From positions 2,370,001 through 2,402,000 of the forward strand of contig NC_007493.2 of assembly GCF_000012905.2 (NCBI RefSeq): a stretch of DNA of 32,000 nt, written 5' to 3'. Below, piece after piece: positions 1-7,933 of the stretch. Position 1 is the stretch's first letter. Each line of letters starts with the position of its first letter. The notes under the pieces are model-generated. The model did no database searches. It worked only from the letters and a program-made list of their open reading frames with translations, and had not been told where the DNA came from. The translations under genes were made by a program, and so were the position numbers. The stretch comes from Cereibacter sphaeroides 2.4.1 (GTDB lineage: Bacteria; Pseudomonadota; Alphaproteobacteria; Rhodobacterales; Rhodobacteraceae).

Positions 1-331
1 CCGCATGGCCGTCGCGCGCGAGCATCGGCCCCAGCACGAGGATCGAGGCGCGCATCTTCCGCACGATGTCGTAATCGGCGCGATGGTCGGTCAGCGCATG
101 CGACGAGAGCGCCAGCACCTGCCCGCCCTGCAGGCTCGCCACCTCCGCGCCGAGCGACTGCAGAAGCTGCGTCATCGTGCGGATGTCCGACAGCCGCGGC
201 GCATTGGTCAGCGTCAGCGGTTCGTCCGACAGGAGCGTGGCCGGCATCAGCGCCAGACAGGCATTCTTCGCCCCCGCGATCGGGATCTGCCCGCGCAGCT
301 CGCCATTGCCCTTTACGAGAATCGAATCCAT
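1..331 (-). CDS. murA: UDP-N-acetylglucosamine 1-carboxyvinyltransferase MurA, N-terminal ~110 codons only (the rest lies beyond the window start)
   Basis: Reverse-strand translation from the ATG at 331-329 reads [64 protein letters not shown]..., a canonical MurA N-terminus. The frame stays open to base 1. It is absent from the ORF track because there is no stop in the window. Confidence 0.9.
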   Translation of the reverse strand, partial: MDSILVKGNGELRGQIPIAGAKNACLALMPATLLSDEPLTLTNAPRLSDIRTMTQLLQSLGAEVASLQGGQVLALSSHALTDHRADYDIVRKMRASILVLGPMLARDGHA

Positions 332-341
332 CCGCCTGCCC

Positions 342-536
342 TCATTCCGGCGCGTCCCCGGGCCCCGCCTCGCGGGCCGCGCGCGCCTTCGCCTGTGCTT
401 TCCGCCGGGCCATATTGGCCTTCAGCGCCGCCTTCAACCGGTCTTCGCGGCTCTCTGCCGCAGGCCCCTTCGGCCCCGGCGGAGCCTTGCCGCCGTCCGC
501 GTCCTTCGACGCCCGATCCTTTGTCTTTCCGCTCAT
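342..536 (-). CDS. Small (64 aa) Lys/Arg/Ala-rich basic hypothetical protein, 10 nt upstream of murA on the same strand
   Basis: ORF track 342..536. My hand count gives about 83 percent G/C at codon position 3, which is coding-like for this genome. An AAGG-type SD (GAAAGGTG) lies a few nt before the ATG. The C-terminal half ([23 protein letters not shown]) looks like a basic helix. I recognise no family. Confidence 0.5.
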   Translation of the reverse strand: MSGKTKDRASKDADGGKAPPGPKGPAAESREDRLKAALKANMARRKAQAKARAAREAGPGDAPE

Positions 537-651
537 GGCACCTTTCGTAGCGCAGCGGCAAAAAAGCGTCCAGTTGACCCTTGCACGGCGATCCGATTGC
601 GTCTAATCACCCGCCACGCCCGAAGGCGGCACCCGACGCCGCGGCACCGGC

Positions 652-726
<75 letters not shown>

Positions 727-1095
727 CTCTTCCCCATGAAGTCCATGCAGATCCTGCGAGGCGCGCGCGTCTTCGTTCGCTGAAGAGGAATGCTCCCAGC
801 GCCCGAACGGACGCTGAGCCTGCCTTCCGGCGATGCCTCGCGGCGGATCAGCCCGCCCGGGCGGGCAGTCAAGATCCGATGGGCCATGCAGGAGCTCGGC
901 CGGAAATCGGAGAGGGGCGCGAAGCCACGACCCTAAGGTTGGCTGGTCTTCAGGGATGAGGGAACGCAGGAGCCTGAGGGCTCTCGATCCTCGGGAGGCG
1001 GGCCTGCCGGTCAGGCCGGCGTCAGGCCCTGCTCATCCTCGGAAGCCCGAGAGGGGACGGCAGTCTCGCGTCCGCCCTGCCCCCCAGGCGAAAGA

Positions 1096-1122
1096 CCCCT
1101 GCCGCGCCATGCGGAACAGGGG
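1096..1122 (-). terminator. Candidate intrinsic terminator of the TRAP operon
   Basis: It starts 10 nt after the dctM-like stop. On the minus strand: CCCCTG-TT-CCGC [ATGGC] GCGG-CAGGGG, i.e. 10 bp with a 2-nt bulge, followed by TCTTTCGC. The U-tract is short and interrupted. Confidence 0.35.
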
Positions 1123-1132
1123 CCGGGCGCCG

Positions 1133-2440
1133 CTAGAACATCAGGCTCGGCAGGCCGGTCACGAGCACGGGCCATTCGACGAGAATCGCGAGCAGCACCA
1201 GATCGACCGCGATGAACCAGCCCACACCCTTGAAGATCGTCGTGAGCGACACCCGGTCTCCGAGCGCGCCCTTGATGATATAGACGTTGAGGCCGACCGG
1301 CGGGGTCAGCAGGCCGATCTCGAGCAGCTTCACGAGGATGATGCCGAAGAAGATCAGATCGAGCCCCGCCTCGCGCGCCATGGGCAGGATGATCGGCATG
1401 GTCAGAAGCAGGATCCCCATGGAATCGAGGAACATGCCGAGGAAGATGTAGAGAAGGCTCACCGCAAGGAGCACCATGAGCTGGGTGGTGCCGAACTCGA
1501 TGAGAAGCGAGGCCGCATAGGCGGGCACCCCGGAGATCGCCATGAACTTGCCCAGCAGCGAGGTTCCGATGATGACGAGGAAGATCGAGGCGGTCGACAT
1601 CAGCGTGGCCTCGGTGGCCCGCTTCATGACGGCGAAATCGATCTTTCCGCGGAGAAGGCCCAGCAGGATCGCCAGTGCCGCACCGACGGCTCCGGCCGCG
1701 GTCGGGGTGAAGAAGCCCACGAAGATCCCGCAGAGCACGCCGAGGATGATGACCGGCAGCGGCCAGGTCTCCTGAAAGGCCGCGAGCTTCTCGGCCCGGG
1801 TGAAGCGGTCCTCGACCCTCGGCGCGAGGCGCGGGTTCACGAGGCAGCGCACCACGATCATGGCCGAGAAGGCGAGCGCCGTCAGGATGCCCGGAACGAT
1901 CCCCGCCGCGAAGAGCTGGGCGATCGAGACCTCGGCCAGATAGCCGTAGAGCACCATGAGGATCGAGGGCGGGATCAGCGCGCCGAGGGTCCCCGCGGCC
2001 GCGATCACGCCCGTGGCGAGGCCCGGGTGATAGCCGTAGCGCAGCATCTCGGGCGTGGCGATCCGGGCGAAGGCCGAGGCGGTCGCGACGGACGAGCCCG
2101 AGGCGGCGGCCAGAACCGCATTCGCCCCCACGCTCGAGACCGCAAGCCCGCCCGGCAGCCAGGACAGAAGGATCCGCATGGCGCGAAACAGCCCGCTCGA
2201 GAGCCCGGCCTCGGAGGCCACGAACCCCATCAGGAGGAACATGGGGATGGCGGTCAGATTCCAGTCGCCCACGAAGTTGAACGGGATCGCCGTGACGATG
2301 CCCCAGGCGGCCCGCCAGCTGAGCAGGATGCCGATGCCCACGAAGGAGACGAGACCCAGCGCCACGCCGATCTGGACCCGGAGGGCGAGGAGGATCAGGC
2401 CGATGCCGATCCCGGTGAAGCCGATGGCGACGTTGCTCAT
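1133..2440 (-). CDS. TRAP transporter large permease (DctM family), 435 aa
   Basis: ORF track. Polytopic hydrophobic protein with a typical DctM N-terminus (MSNVAIGFTGIGIGLILLAL...). It lies 9 nt downstream of a DctQ-like gene. Confidence 0.93.
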   Translation of the reverse strand: MSNVAIGFTGIGIGLILLALRVQIGVALGLVSFVGIGILLSWRAAWGIVTAIPFNFVGDWNLTAIPMFLLMGFVASEAGLSSGLFRAMRILLSWLPGGLAVSSVGANAVLAAASGSSVATASAFARIATPEMLRYGYHPGLATGVIAAAGTLGALIPPSILMVLYGYLAEVSIAQLFAAGIVPGILTALAFSAMIVVRCLVNPRLAPRVEDRFTRAEKLAAFQETWPLPVIILGVLCGIFVGFFTPTAAGAVGAALAILLGLLRGKIDFAVMKRATEATLMSTASIFLVIIGTSLLGKFMAISGVPAYAASLLIEFGTTQLMVLLAVSLLYIFLGMFLDSMGILLLTMPIILPMAREAGLDLIFFGIILVKLLEIGLLTPPVGLNVYIIKGALGDRVSLTTIFKGVGWFIAVDLVLLAILVEWPVLVTGLPSLMF

Positions 2441-2449
2441 GGTTCGCGC

Positions 2450-2968
2450 TCACACATGGGTTTCGGTGGTTTCGGGGGCGAAGGTCGCCAGCGGCGCGGT
2501 GAAGGACCTCAGGAAATGGCGCAGGCAGACCAGGGTGATCGCGCCGAAGCCCACCGGCAGGATGAACTTGGCCGGCCAGACGAGGACATAGACGGCCGCC
2601 ATCATCAGCTCGTTCTTGCGCCACGAGGCCACCGCATCGATCCAGGTCTGACGCGCGAGGATGGCGAAGAAGATCGCGCAGATCAGATAGCCCAGGGCCA
2701 GCGAGGCGCGCTGCGCCCAAGGCGGCATCATCAGATAGAACAGGTCCACCTGAATGTTCTCGTGCTTCCATTCCACCATGGCGATGGGCAGGAAGACCAC
2801 GAGCACCATGTGATAGACCGAGATGATCTCGAGGTTTCCCGCGATGGGCTTTCCGAAGAAATTGTCCGCGATCACGTCCACCACGGTCTGCACCATCATC
2901 AGGATCAGCCCGACGCTGGCCACCAGCATCAGGAGGCGCGACATACGATAGAGGAGTCTTTCGATCAT
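2450..2968 (-). CDS. TRAP transporter small permease (DctQ family), 172 aa
   Basis: ORF track. Size and four-helix hydrophobic pattern fit DctQ. It sits between DctP-like and DctM-like genes. Confidence 0.88.
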   Translation of the reverse strand: MIERLLYRMSRLLMLVASVGLILMMVQTVVDVIADNFFGKPIAGNLEIISVYHMVLVVFLPIAMVEWKHENIQVDLFYLMMPPWAQRASLALGYLICAIFFAILARQTWIDAVASWRKNELMMAAVYVLVWPAKFILPVGFGAITLVCLRHFLRSFTAPLATFAPETTETHV

Positions 2969-2988
2969 CTTGGCGTTCCCCGCGCAGG

Positions 2989-3021
2989 GGGCGCCGCAGC
3001 GGCAGCTCCGATGCGGCGCCC
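2989..3021 (-). other. Intercistronic GC-rich stem-loop just downstream of the TRAP binding-protein gene
   Basis: GGGCGCCGC (2989-2997) pairs perfectly with GCGGCGCCC (3013-3021): 9 bp with a 15-nt loop. It lies in the 58-nt gap between the SBP stop (3027) and the dctQ-like start (2968). No U-tract. Confidence 0.5.
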
Positions 3022-3026
3022 GATCC

Positions 3027-4151
3027 TCATCTGCCGTAGCTGGCGAGGTCGATGCCGGAATAGAGCTCCTCGCGCATCACCTTGCGCAGGGCCTCGGCAT
3101 CGTCGCGCGGAATGTCGGCCAGACGCTCGTCCCACTTGGCGTAGGTCGCCATGAAGCGGTCGGCCAGCGCCTTCGGCTCCGCCACACCCAGCTGGGTGCC
3201 CGTCTCCTCGATCAGCCGGTCCATGTTCTCGACCACGAACGTGTCGAGCGCCTTCGACAGCTCGGGCGCGGGGTCGAGCACGGTCACGCCATGGGCCTCT
3301 GCCTCGGAGAGCGCATCGTCGACCGCCGCCTGGAAGGCCAGCGACACATCGACCGTGTTGCCCGCCACCGCATCCATCAGAAGCGCGCGATGCTCGTCGC
3401 TGAGCCCGTTCCAGGTGTCGCCGTCGATCGCATATTGCCAGCCCGCATAGTAAGGGCCCACCGGAAGGCGGGTCGCGAATTTCGCCACATCCCAGAGCGA
3501 GCGCGATTTCAGGTCGTTCAGCGCGTTGATCGCGCAGTCGAGCTGACCCTTCTCCAGCCCCGAGAACATGTCGGCCGACGGCACGTTGACCGAGGCCGCC
3601 CCCACCGAATTGGCGAAGGCCGTGTGGATGGTCGAGGGCATCCGCAGCTTGGCACCCTTGATCTGCTCGAGCGTGGTGATCTCGCGCGTGCACATCATCT
3701 CGTAGAGCGGCGAGGACATGGCGCCGAGGAACACGATGCCGTGCCGGTCGAACATGGCCTTCATCTCAGGATCCGAGGTGTAGAAGTCGTTCACCGCGAA
3801 GAGGGCGGTGATCGGATCCTTGAGCCCGATGGCGAGCGTGGCGATGACATTGTCCTCGGGCAGGTCCGAAGGGGTGTAGGTGCCCGCGTGATAGGTCATC
3901 TGCACCAGCCCGTCGGTCAGGCCGGAGAGGTGGGCCACCGGCGGCAGCAGCGCCGTGCCGGTATAGAGCTTCATCGTCAGGCTGCCGTCCGACCGCTCCT
4001 CCAGCTCCTTGGCCAGCGGCACATAGCCGTCGCGCGTGAGCGGATGGGTGTCGGGGAACCAGATGCTCGCGGTGATCTCCTCCGCGAGGATCGGCGTGGC
4101 GGCCAGCAGGCCGAGCAGGCTCGCGCCGGCAAGAGCGGTCAGTCTCTTCAT
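3027..4151 (-). CDS. TRAP transporter substrate-binding protein (DctP family), 374 aa, ligand unknown
   Basis: This is the C-terminal 374 codons of ORF 3027..4292. I chose the start at the ATG 4151-4149 because it is preceded by AAGGAG and gives a signal peptide, MKRLTALAGASLLGLLAATPILA/EE. The upstream 47 codons are Arg/Pro-rich and look non-coding. Confidence 0.88.
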   Translation of the reverse strand: MKRLTALAGASLLGLLAATPILAEEITASIWFPDTHPLTRDGYVPLAKELEERSDGSLTMKLYTGTALLPPVAHLSGLTDGLVQMTYHAGTYTPSDLPEDNVIATLAIGLKDPITALFAVNDFYTSDPEMKAMFDRHGIVFLGAMSSPLYEMMCTREITTLEQIKGAKLRMPSTIHTAFANSVGAASVNVPSADMFSGLEKGQLDCAINALNDLKSRSLWDVAKFATRLPVGPYYAGWQYAIDGDTWNGLSDEHRALLMDAVAGNTVDVSLAFQAAVDDALSEAEAHGVTVLDPAPELSKALDTFVVENMDRLIEETGTQLGVAEPKALADRFMATYAKWDERLADIPRDDAEALRKVMREELYSGIDLASYGR

Positions 4152-4210
4152 GTCTCGTGCTCCTTGTTGGCTGGGGGTCTTGCCCGTTGACCGGGCGATC
4201 TTGTCGGTGT

Positions 4211-4232
4211 CCCGCCGCCCCGGGGCGGCGGG
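4211..4232 (-). other. Perfect 22-nt palindrome (stem-loop) between the bicupin gene and the TRAP SBP gene
   Basis: CCCGCCGCCCCGGGGCGGCGGG equals its own reverse complement. It starts 5 nt after the bicupin stop codon and is not followed by a U-tract. Confidence 0.5.
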
Positions 4233-4237
4233 AAAGG

Positions 4238-4963
4238 TCATTCGGGAGTGAGGATGCTCCAGAACTTGCGGACGGGCACGGTCGAGCGCCATCCCGCGGT
4301 GGTGCCCTCGGGCATCAGGAAGACGGCGCCCGGCCCGAAGGTCCGCTCGTGCCCCGCCGCGTCGAAGACGGTGACGGCCCCGTCATGAAGCTGCATCAGC
4401 TCGTAATAGCCGTAGCGCACCGGCCGGCGCTCGAAGGGGGTGGCGCTCCAGAGCCCCGCCGACCAGCTTCCGTCCGCGCTGGCCGCGAGCGTCCGCTTGG
4501 TGCAGGAGGGCACCGGGCCCTGCAGCAGATCCGCCGCGGGCGGCGCCGAGGGCTCCTGAGGCGCCTCCCGGTCGATCCGGGCGATGGCGGGCGTGGAGGT
4601 CGCCGCGGCCGCGCCTGCCCGGCCGTTGACGATCCAGCGCGCGCCCGGGCCCGCCGTCCAGTCGAACCGCACTCCCGGCGCGATCAGGGCGATATCGCCC
4701 GCGGCAAGGCTCACCTCGAGGCCCCTGCCCCGCAGCCCGAGCGTGCCGTCGAGGAGGAGGACGACGAGGTGCCATCCGCCGCTCTCGTGCGTGCCGGCCA
4801 TCTCCGCGCCCGAGGCGCGCCAGAACTCCCAGCCCGGATGATGGCTCACGGCGAGCCGCTGGCCGAGAAAGCCCGCGCCCGCCTCTCCGGCGACGGGCAC
4901 CTCGCGGAGGTCGAAGACGGTGAGGCCCGTCGCGGCCGGCGGCATGAGTGTCGCGTCGGTCAT
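4238..4963 (-). CDS. Bicupin protein (C-terminal half Cupin_3/DUF861-like), 241 aa
   Basis: This is the last 241 codons of ORF 4238..6214, starting at MTDATLMPP (ATG 4963-4961). The C-terminal half (GLWSATPFERRPVRYGYYELMQLHDGAVTVFDAAGHERTFGPGAVFLMPEGTTAGWRSTVPVRKFW) has the DUF861 cupin pattern. The N-terminal half is a second, more divergent beta-barrel-like repeat. The start overlaps the upstream stop (ATGA). Confidence 0.8.
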   Translation of the reverse strand: MTDATLMPPAATGLTVFDLREVPVAGEAGAGFLGQRLAVSHHPGWEFWRASGAEMAGTHESGGWHLVVLLLDGTLGLRGRGLEVSLAAGDIALIAPGVRFDWTAGPGARWIVNGRAGAAAATSTPAIARIDREAPQEPSAPPAADLLQGPVPSCTKRTLAASADGSWSAGLWSATPFERRPVRYGYYELMQLHDGAVTVFDAAGHERTFGPGAVFLMPEGTTAGWRSTVPVRKFWSILTPE

Positions 4964-6252
4964 GAGGCAAATCCCATCCTGTCCTTCAGCCAGTACCAGC
5001 GGATGCCGGCATTCATCACCGGCTCGCGCAGCCGGTGCCAGGCGAGCGGGCGGATCGGGGTCACGGGAAAGACCGGCTCCTCGCCGGACGCGAGGTGGTT
5101 CGCCACCATGCGCCCCAGCGCGGTCGCGAGCGCGATGCCGCGGCCGTTGTAGCCCAGCAGCACCTGAAGCCCCGGCTCGGGCGCATGCAGATGCGGCAGC
5201 CCGTCGAGGGTCAGCGCCAGCTGCCCCGACCAGCGCTGCGCGATCCCGAAGCGCGCGGCCTCGGGGAAGATCCGCGCGAGCCCCGCCTCGAGCGCGGCCA
5301 TCAGGCGGCCATCCTCCATTGGCCCCACCGCCCCGCGACCGCCCAGAACCAGCCGCCCGTCGTCGGACTGGCGCATGTAGAAGGCGAGCTTGCGGGTCTC
5401 GGACAGGACCACGCCCCCCGGCATCAGCCGGGCGCGCAGGTCTTCGGGCAGGGGGGCGGTGGCGACCAGCATGCTCTGCACGGGCAGGATGCTCTGGGCG
5501 AGACCGGGCAGGAGCCCTTCGCCATAGGCATTCGTCGCGATCAGCACCCGGTTCGCGCGCACGAGCCCCTCCGGCGTGCGGATCTCCCATCCCGCGCCCT
5601 TGCGGATCAGGGAGAGGGCAGGGCTCTCCTCGAAGAGATGTGCGCCCGCCGCAATGGCCGCGCGCCCGAGGCCCCGCGCATAGGCCAGGGGATTGAGCCC
5701 GCCCGCGCGCGGATCGTGCCAGCCACCGTGATAGAGGCTGGTGCCGGTGCGCGCGGCGATCTCGTCGCGCGAGAGGATCGAGACGCCGACCCCCCGCTCC
5801 TGCCACTGGCGGGCACGGTTCAGAACCGCCGGCAGCGCGCGTTCGGAATGGGCGGCCTGGATCCAGCCCGCGCGCCGCGGGGCGCAGCGGATCCGGTGGC
5901 GCTCGATCAGGTCGAAGACCCCATCGGCCGCCCCGCCCACGAGATCGATCAGCGCCCGGCCCCGGTCGGGCCCGAACTTCTGCAAGAGGGCTTCGGGATC
6001 GTATTTCAGCCCCGGAATGACCTGCCCGCCGTTGCGCCCCGAGGCGCCGAAACCCACATGCCGGGCCTCGAGCACGAGCGGCGCAAGTCCCGCCTCGGCC
6101 AGATGCAGGGCCGTGACGAGGCCGGTGAAACCGCCGCCCACGATGGCCACATCCGTGTCCGTCGTCCCGCGCAGCGGCGGCGCGGCGAGCGCGGGTTCGT
6201 CGCTCGCGCCCCACCAGAGCGCCCGATCGAAGCTGTCGGCGCTGCGCCCCAT
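4960..6252 (-). CDS. FAD-dependent oxidoreductase, DAO family (PuuB / amine oxidase-like), 430 aa
   Basis: This is the C-terminal 430 codons of ORF 4960..6561, starting at MGRSADSF (ATG 6252-6250), 1 nt after the hyuB-like stop. It carries the Rossmann motif DVAIVGGGFTGLVTALHLAEAG...GASGRNGG. Confidence 0.88.
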   Translation of the reverse strand: MGRSADSFDRALWWGASDEPALAAPPLRGTTDTDVAIVGGGFTGLVTALHLAEAGLAPLVLEARHVGFGASGRNGGQVIPGLKYDPEALLQKFGPDRGRALIDLVGGAADGVFDLIERHRIRCAPRRAGWIQAAHSERALPAVLNRARQWQERGVGVSILSRDEIAARTGTSLYHGGWHDPRAGGLNPLAYARGLGRAAIAAGAHLFEESPALSLIRKGAGWEIRTPEGLVRANRVLIATNAYGEGLLPGLAQSILPVQSMLVATAPLPEDLRARLMPGGVVLSETRKLAFYMRQSDDGRLVLGGRGAVGPMEDGRLMAALEAGLARIFPEAARFGIAQRWSGQLALTLDGLPHLHAPEPGLQVLLGYNGRGIALATALGRMVANHLASGEEPVFPVTPIRPLAWHRLREPVMNAGIRWYWLKDRMGFAS

Positions 6253-6253
6253 C

Positions 6254-7930
6254 TCAGGCCCCGCCCCGGCCGGCGAACTGCGGATAGATGCGGCGGGCGG
6301 TTTCCTCGCCCAGCATCCCGTTCGCGATGTCGGTCTCGATCTCGGCCAGCGCCCGGTCTGCGGGCGCGCCATAGCCCGCGCCGCCGCCCAGCCGGAAGAC
6401 CACGAGATCGCCCTTCTGCAGATCGCGCATGTCCTTGGAGCCCAGGCGGATGATCTCGCCGTCGCGATGGATCTCGCAGGCGCCGCGCGTGCCGGGCGTG
6501 CCCCCGAACAGCGGCTGCGGCTCGCTCCGGAACCGGTCGGAATAGAGCGCGACCGTGGCATTGTCCTTCAGGATGCGGAAGGCCTTCTGGAAGCCCGCGC
6601 CGCCGCGGTGGGCGCCGTGGCCGTAGGCCTCGGGCTCCAGCGCATAGCGCTCGACGCGGAAGAAGGAATAGTCCTGATCGATGGCCTCGACCGGCGTGTT
6701 GGCGCAGTTGGCCATCGGCATGTCGATGGCGTCGCAGCCGTTGGCGCTCGACGAGGCGCCGTAGCCGCCGCCGTAGATCTCGAGATAGACCGAGAAGCCG
6801 GTCGGCCCGAGCCACGACAGGCAGCCCGAGGTGGTGGTGTCGAAGCCGCTGGCGATCACCTGATCGGGAACGGCCTGCGCCAGCGCCTTCATCGTCGCAT
6901 TGTAGGCGCGGTAGCAGATGTTCATCCGCGCCCGCACCGGGGCGGGATAATGCGGGTTCAGGATGGTGCCCTTGGGCACCTTGACCGAGATCGCGCGGCT
7001 CACGCCCGCGTTGAAGGGAATGTCGGGCGAGGTCAGGACGCTCTTCACGCAGGAGACGGTGGCCGACATGGTGGCGGCGAGCGGCGCGTTCAGCAGCGTG
7101 CGGACCTGCGCATCGGTGCCCTCGTAATCCACCTCGATCCGGTCGCCCGCGATGGTCACCTTCGCACGCACCCGGACCGGCTCCGAGCCGATCCCGTCGT
7201 CGTCGATGAAATCCTCGCCGTGATAGACGCCGTCGGGGGCGGCCGCGATGCCCGCGCGGAAGCGGCGTTCCGAATAGTTCTGGAACTCGGTCATCACCTC
7301 CATGACCTTGGCCGCGCCGTATTTGCTGCAGAGCTCGCCCACGCGGCGCGCGCCGACCCGGTTCGAGGCGATCTGCGCATCGCAATCGCCCATGGTCTGC
7401 AGCGGCGTCCGGACGTTGGCCCGCAGGAATTTCTCGAGGATGCCGCCGTTCCAGTCGCGGCTGTAGGAGAATTTCGTGGGCGGGATCACGATCCCCTCGG
7501 AATGGACGTCCCGCGCATTGGGGCTGAGGCCCGGCGAGCCGCCGCCGATATCGAGATGGTGCGCCACCGAGGCCGCGAAGCCCACGCGCTGGCCCTCGTG
7601 GAAGATCGGGCTGAAGAAGAAGATGTCCTGCAGGTGCTGGCCGCCCGAATAGGGGTCGTTGATGATGAAGAAATCATCCTCGGTCAGGCTGTCGAGGTCG
7701 TAGGTCTCGGCGCAGGCCTGAAAGACCGAGCCGATGGTGCCGAGCTGCATCGGGATCAGTTCGGCCTGCGCGATGGTGTTGCCGTCGCGGTCCAGAAGCG
7801 CGGCCGAGCCGTCGCGGGCCTCGCGCAGGATGGTCGAGAAGGCCGAGCGGATCAGCTTCTCGCCCATCTCGCGGGCGGCGGCGGCCAGCGCCTGGCTGAT
7901 GACCGCGTAATCGGTGGGATCGAGCGCCAT
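6254..7930 (-). CDS. Hydantoinase B/oxoprolinase family protein (HyuB-like), 558 aa
   Basis: ORF track. MALDPTDYAVISQALAAAAREMGEKLIRSAFSTILREARDGSAALLDRDGN...INDPYSGGQHLQD is typical of the B subunit of ATP-dependent hydantoinase/oxoprolinase-type enzymes. Confidence 0.92.
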   Translation of the reverse strand: MALDPTDYAVISQALAAAAREMGEKLIRSAFSTILREARDGSAALLDRDGNTIAQAELIPMQLGTIGSVFQACAETYDLDSLTEDDFFIINDPYSGGQHLQDIFFFSPIFHEGQRVGFAASVAHHLDIGGGSPGLSPNARDVHSEGIVIPPTKFSYSRDWNGGILEKFLRANVRTPLQTMGDCDAQIASNRVGARRVGELCSKYGAAKVMEVMTEFQNYSERRFRAGIAAAPDGVYHGEDFIDDDGIGSEPVRVRAKVTIAGDRIEVDYEGTDAQVRTLLNAPLAATMSATVSCVKSVLTSPDIPFNAGVSRAISVKVPKGTILNPHYPAPVRARMNICYRAYNATMKALAQAVPDQVIASGFDTTTSGCLSWLGPTGFSVYLEIYGGGYGASSSANGCDAIDMPMANCANTPVEAIDQDYSFFRVERYALEPEAYGHGAHRGGAGFQKAFRILKDNATVALYSDRFRSEPQPLFGGTPGTRGACEIHRDGEIIRLGSKDMRDLQKGDLVVFRLGGGAGYGAPADRALAEIETDIANGMLGEETARRIYPQFAGRGGA

Positions 7931-7933
7931 GGA

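Noticed and set aside
736-783. A 15-codon mini-ORF (MKSMQILRGARVFVR) immediately after the tRNA.
   Set aside because: There is no SD, it starts 10 nt after the tRNA 3' end, and it is too short to evaluate. I treat it as chance.
4238-6214. A 658-aa minus-strand ORF that would fuse the bicupin to a long N-terminal extension overlapping the FAD oxidoreductase in another frame.
   Set aside because: The upstream 417 codons are Arg/Gly/Pro/Ala noise overlapping a clear DAO-family gene. The internal ATG at 4963 forms an ATGA junction with the oxidoreductase stop and yields a sensible 241-aa bicupin. The same logic was applied to trim ORFs 4960..6561, 3027..4292, 13937..14767, 14650..15486, 15330..16484, 16262..17695, 18837..19772, 24388..26364 and 26279..27124.
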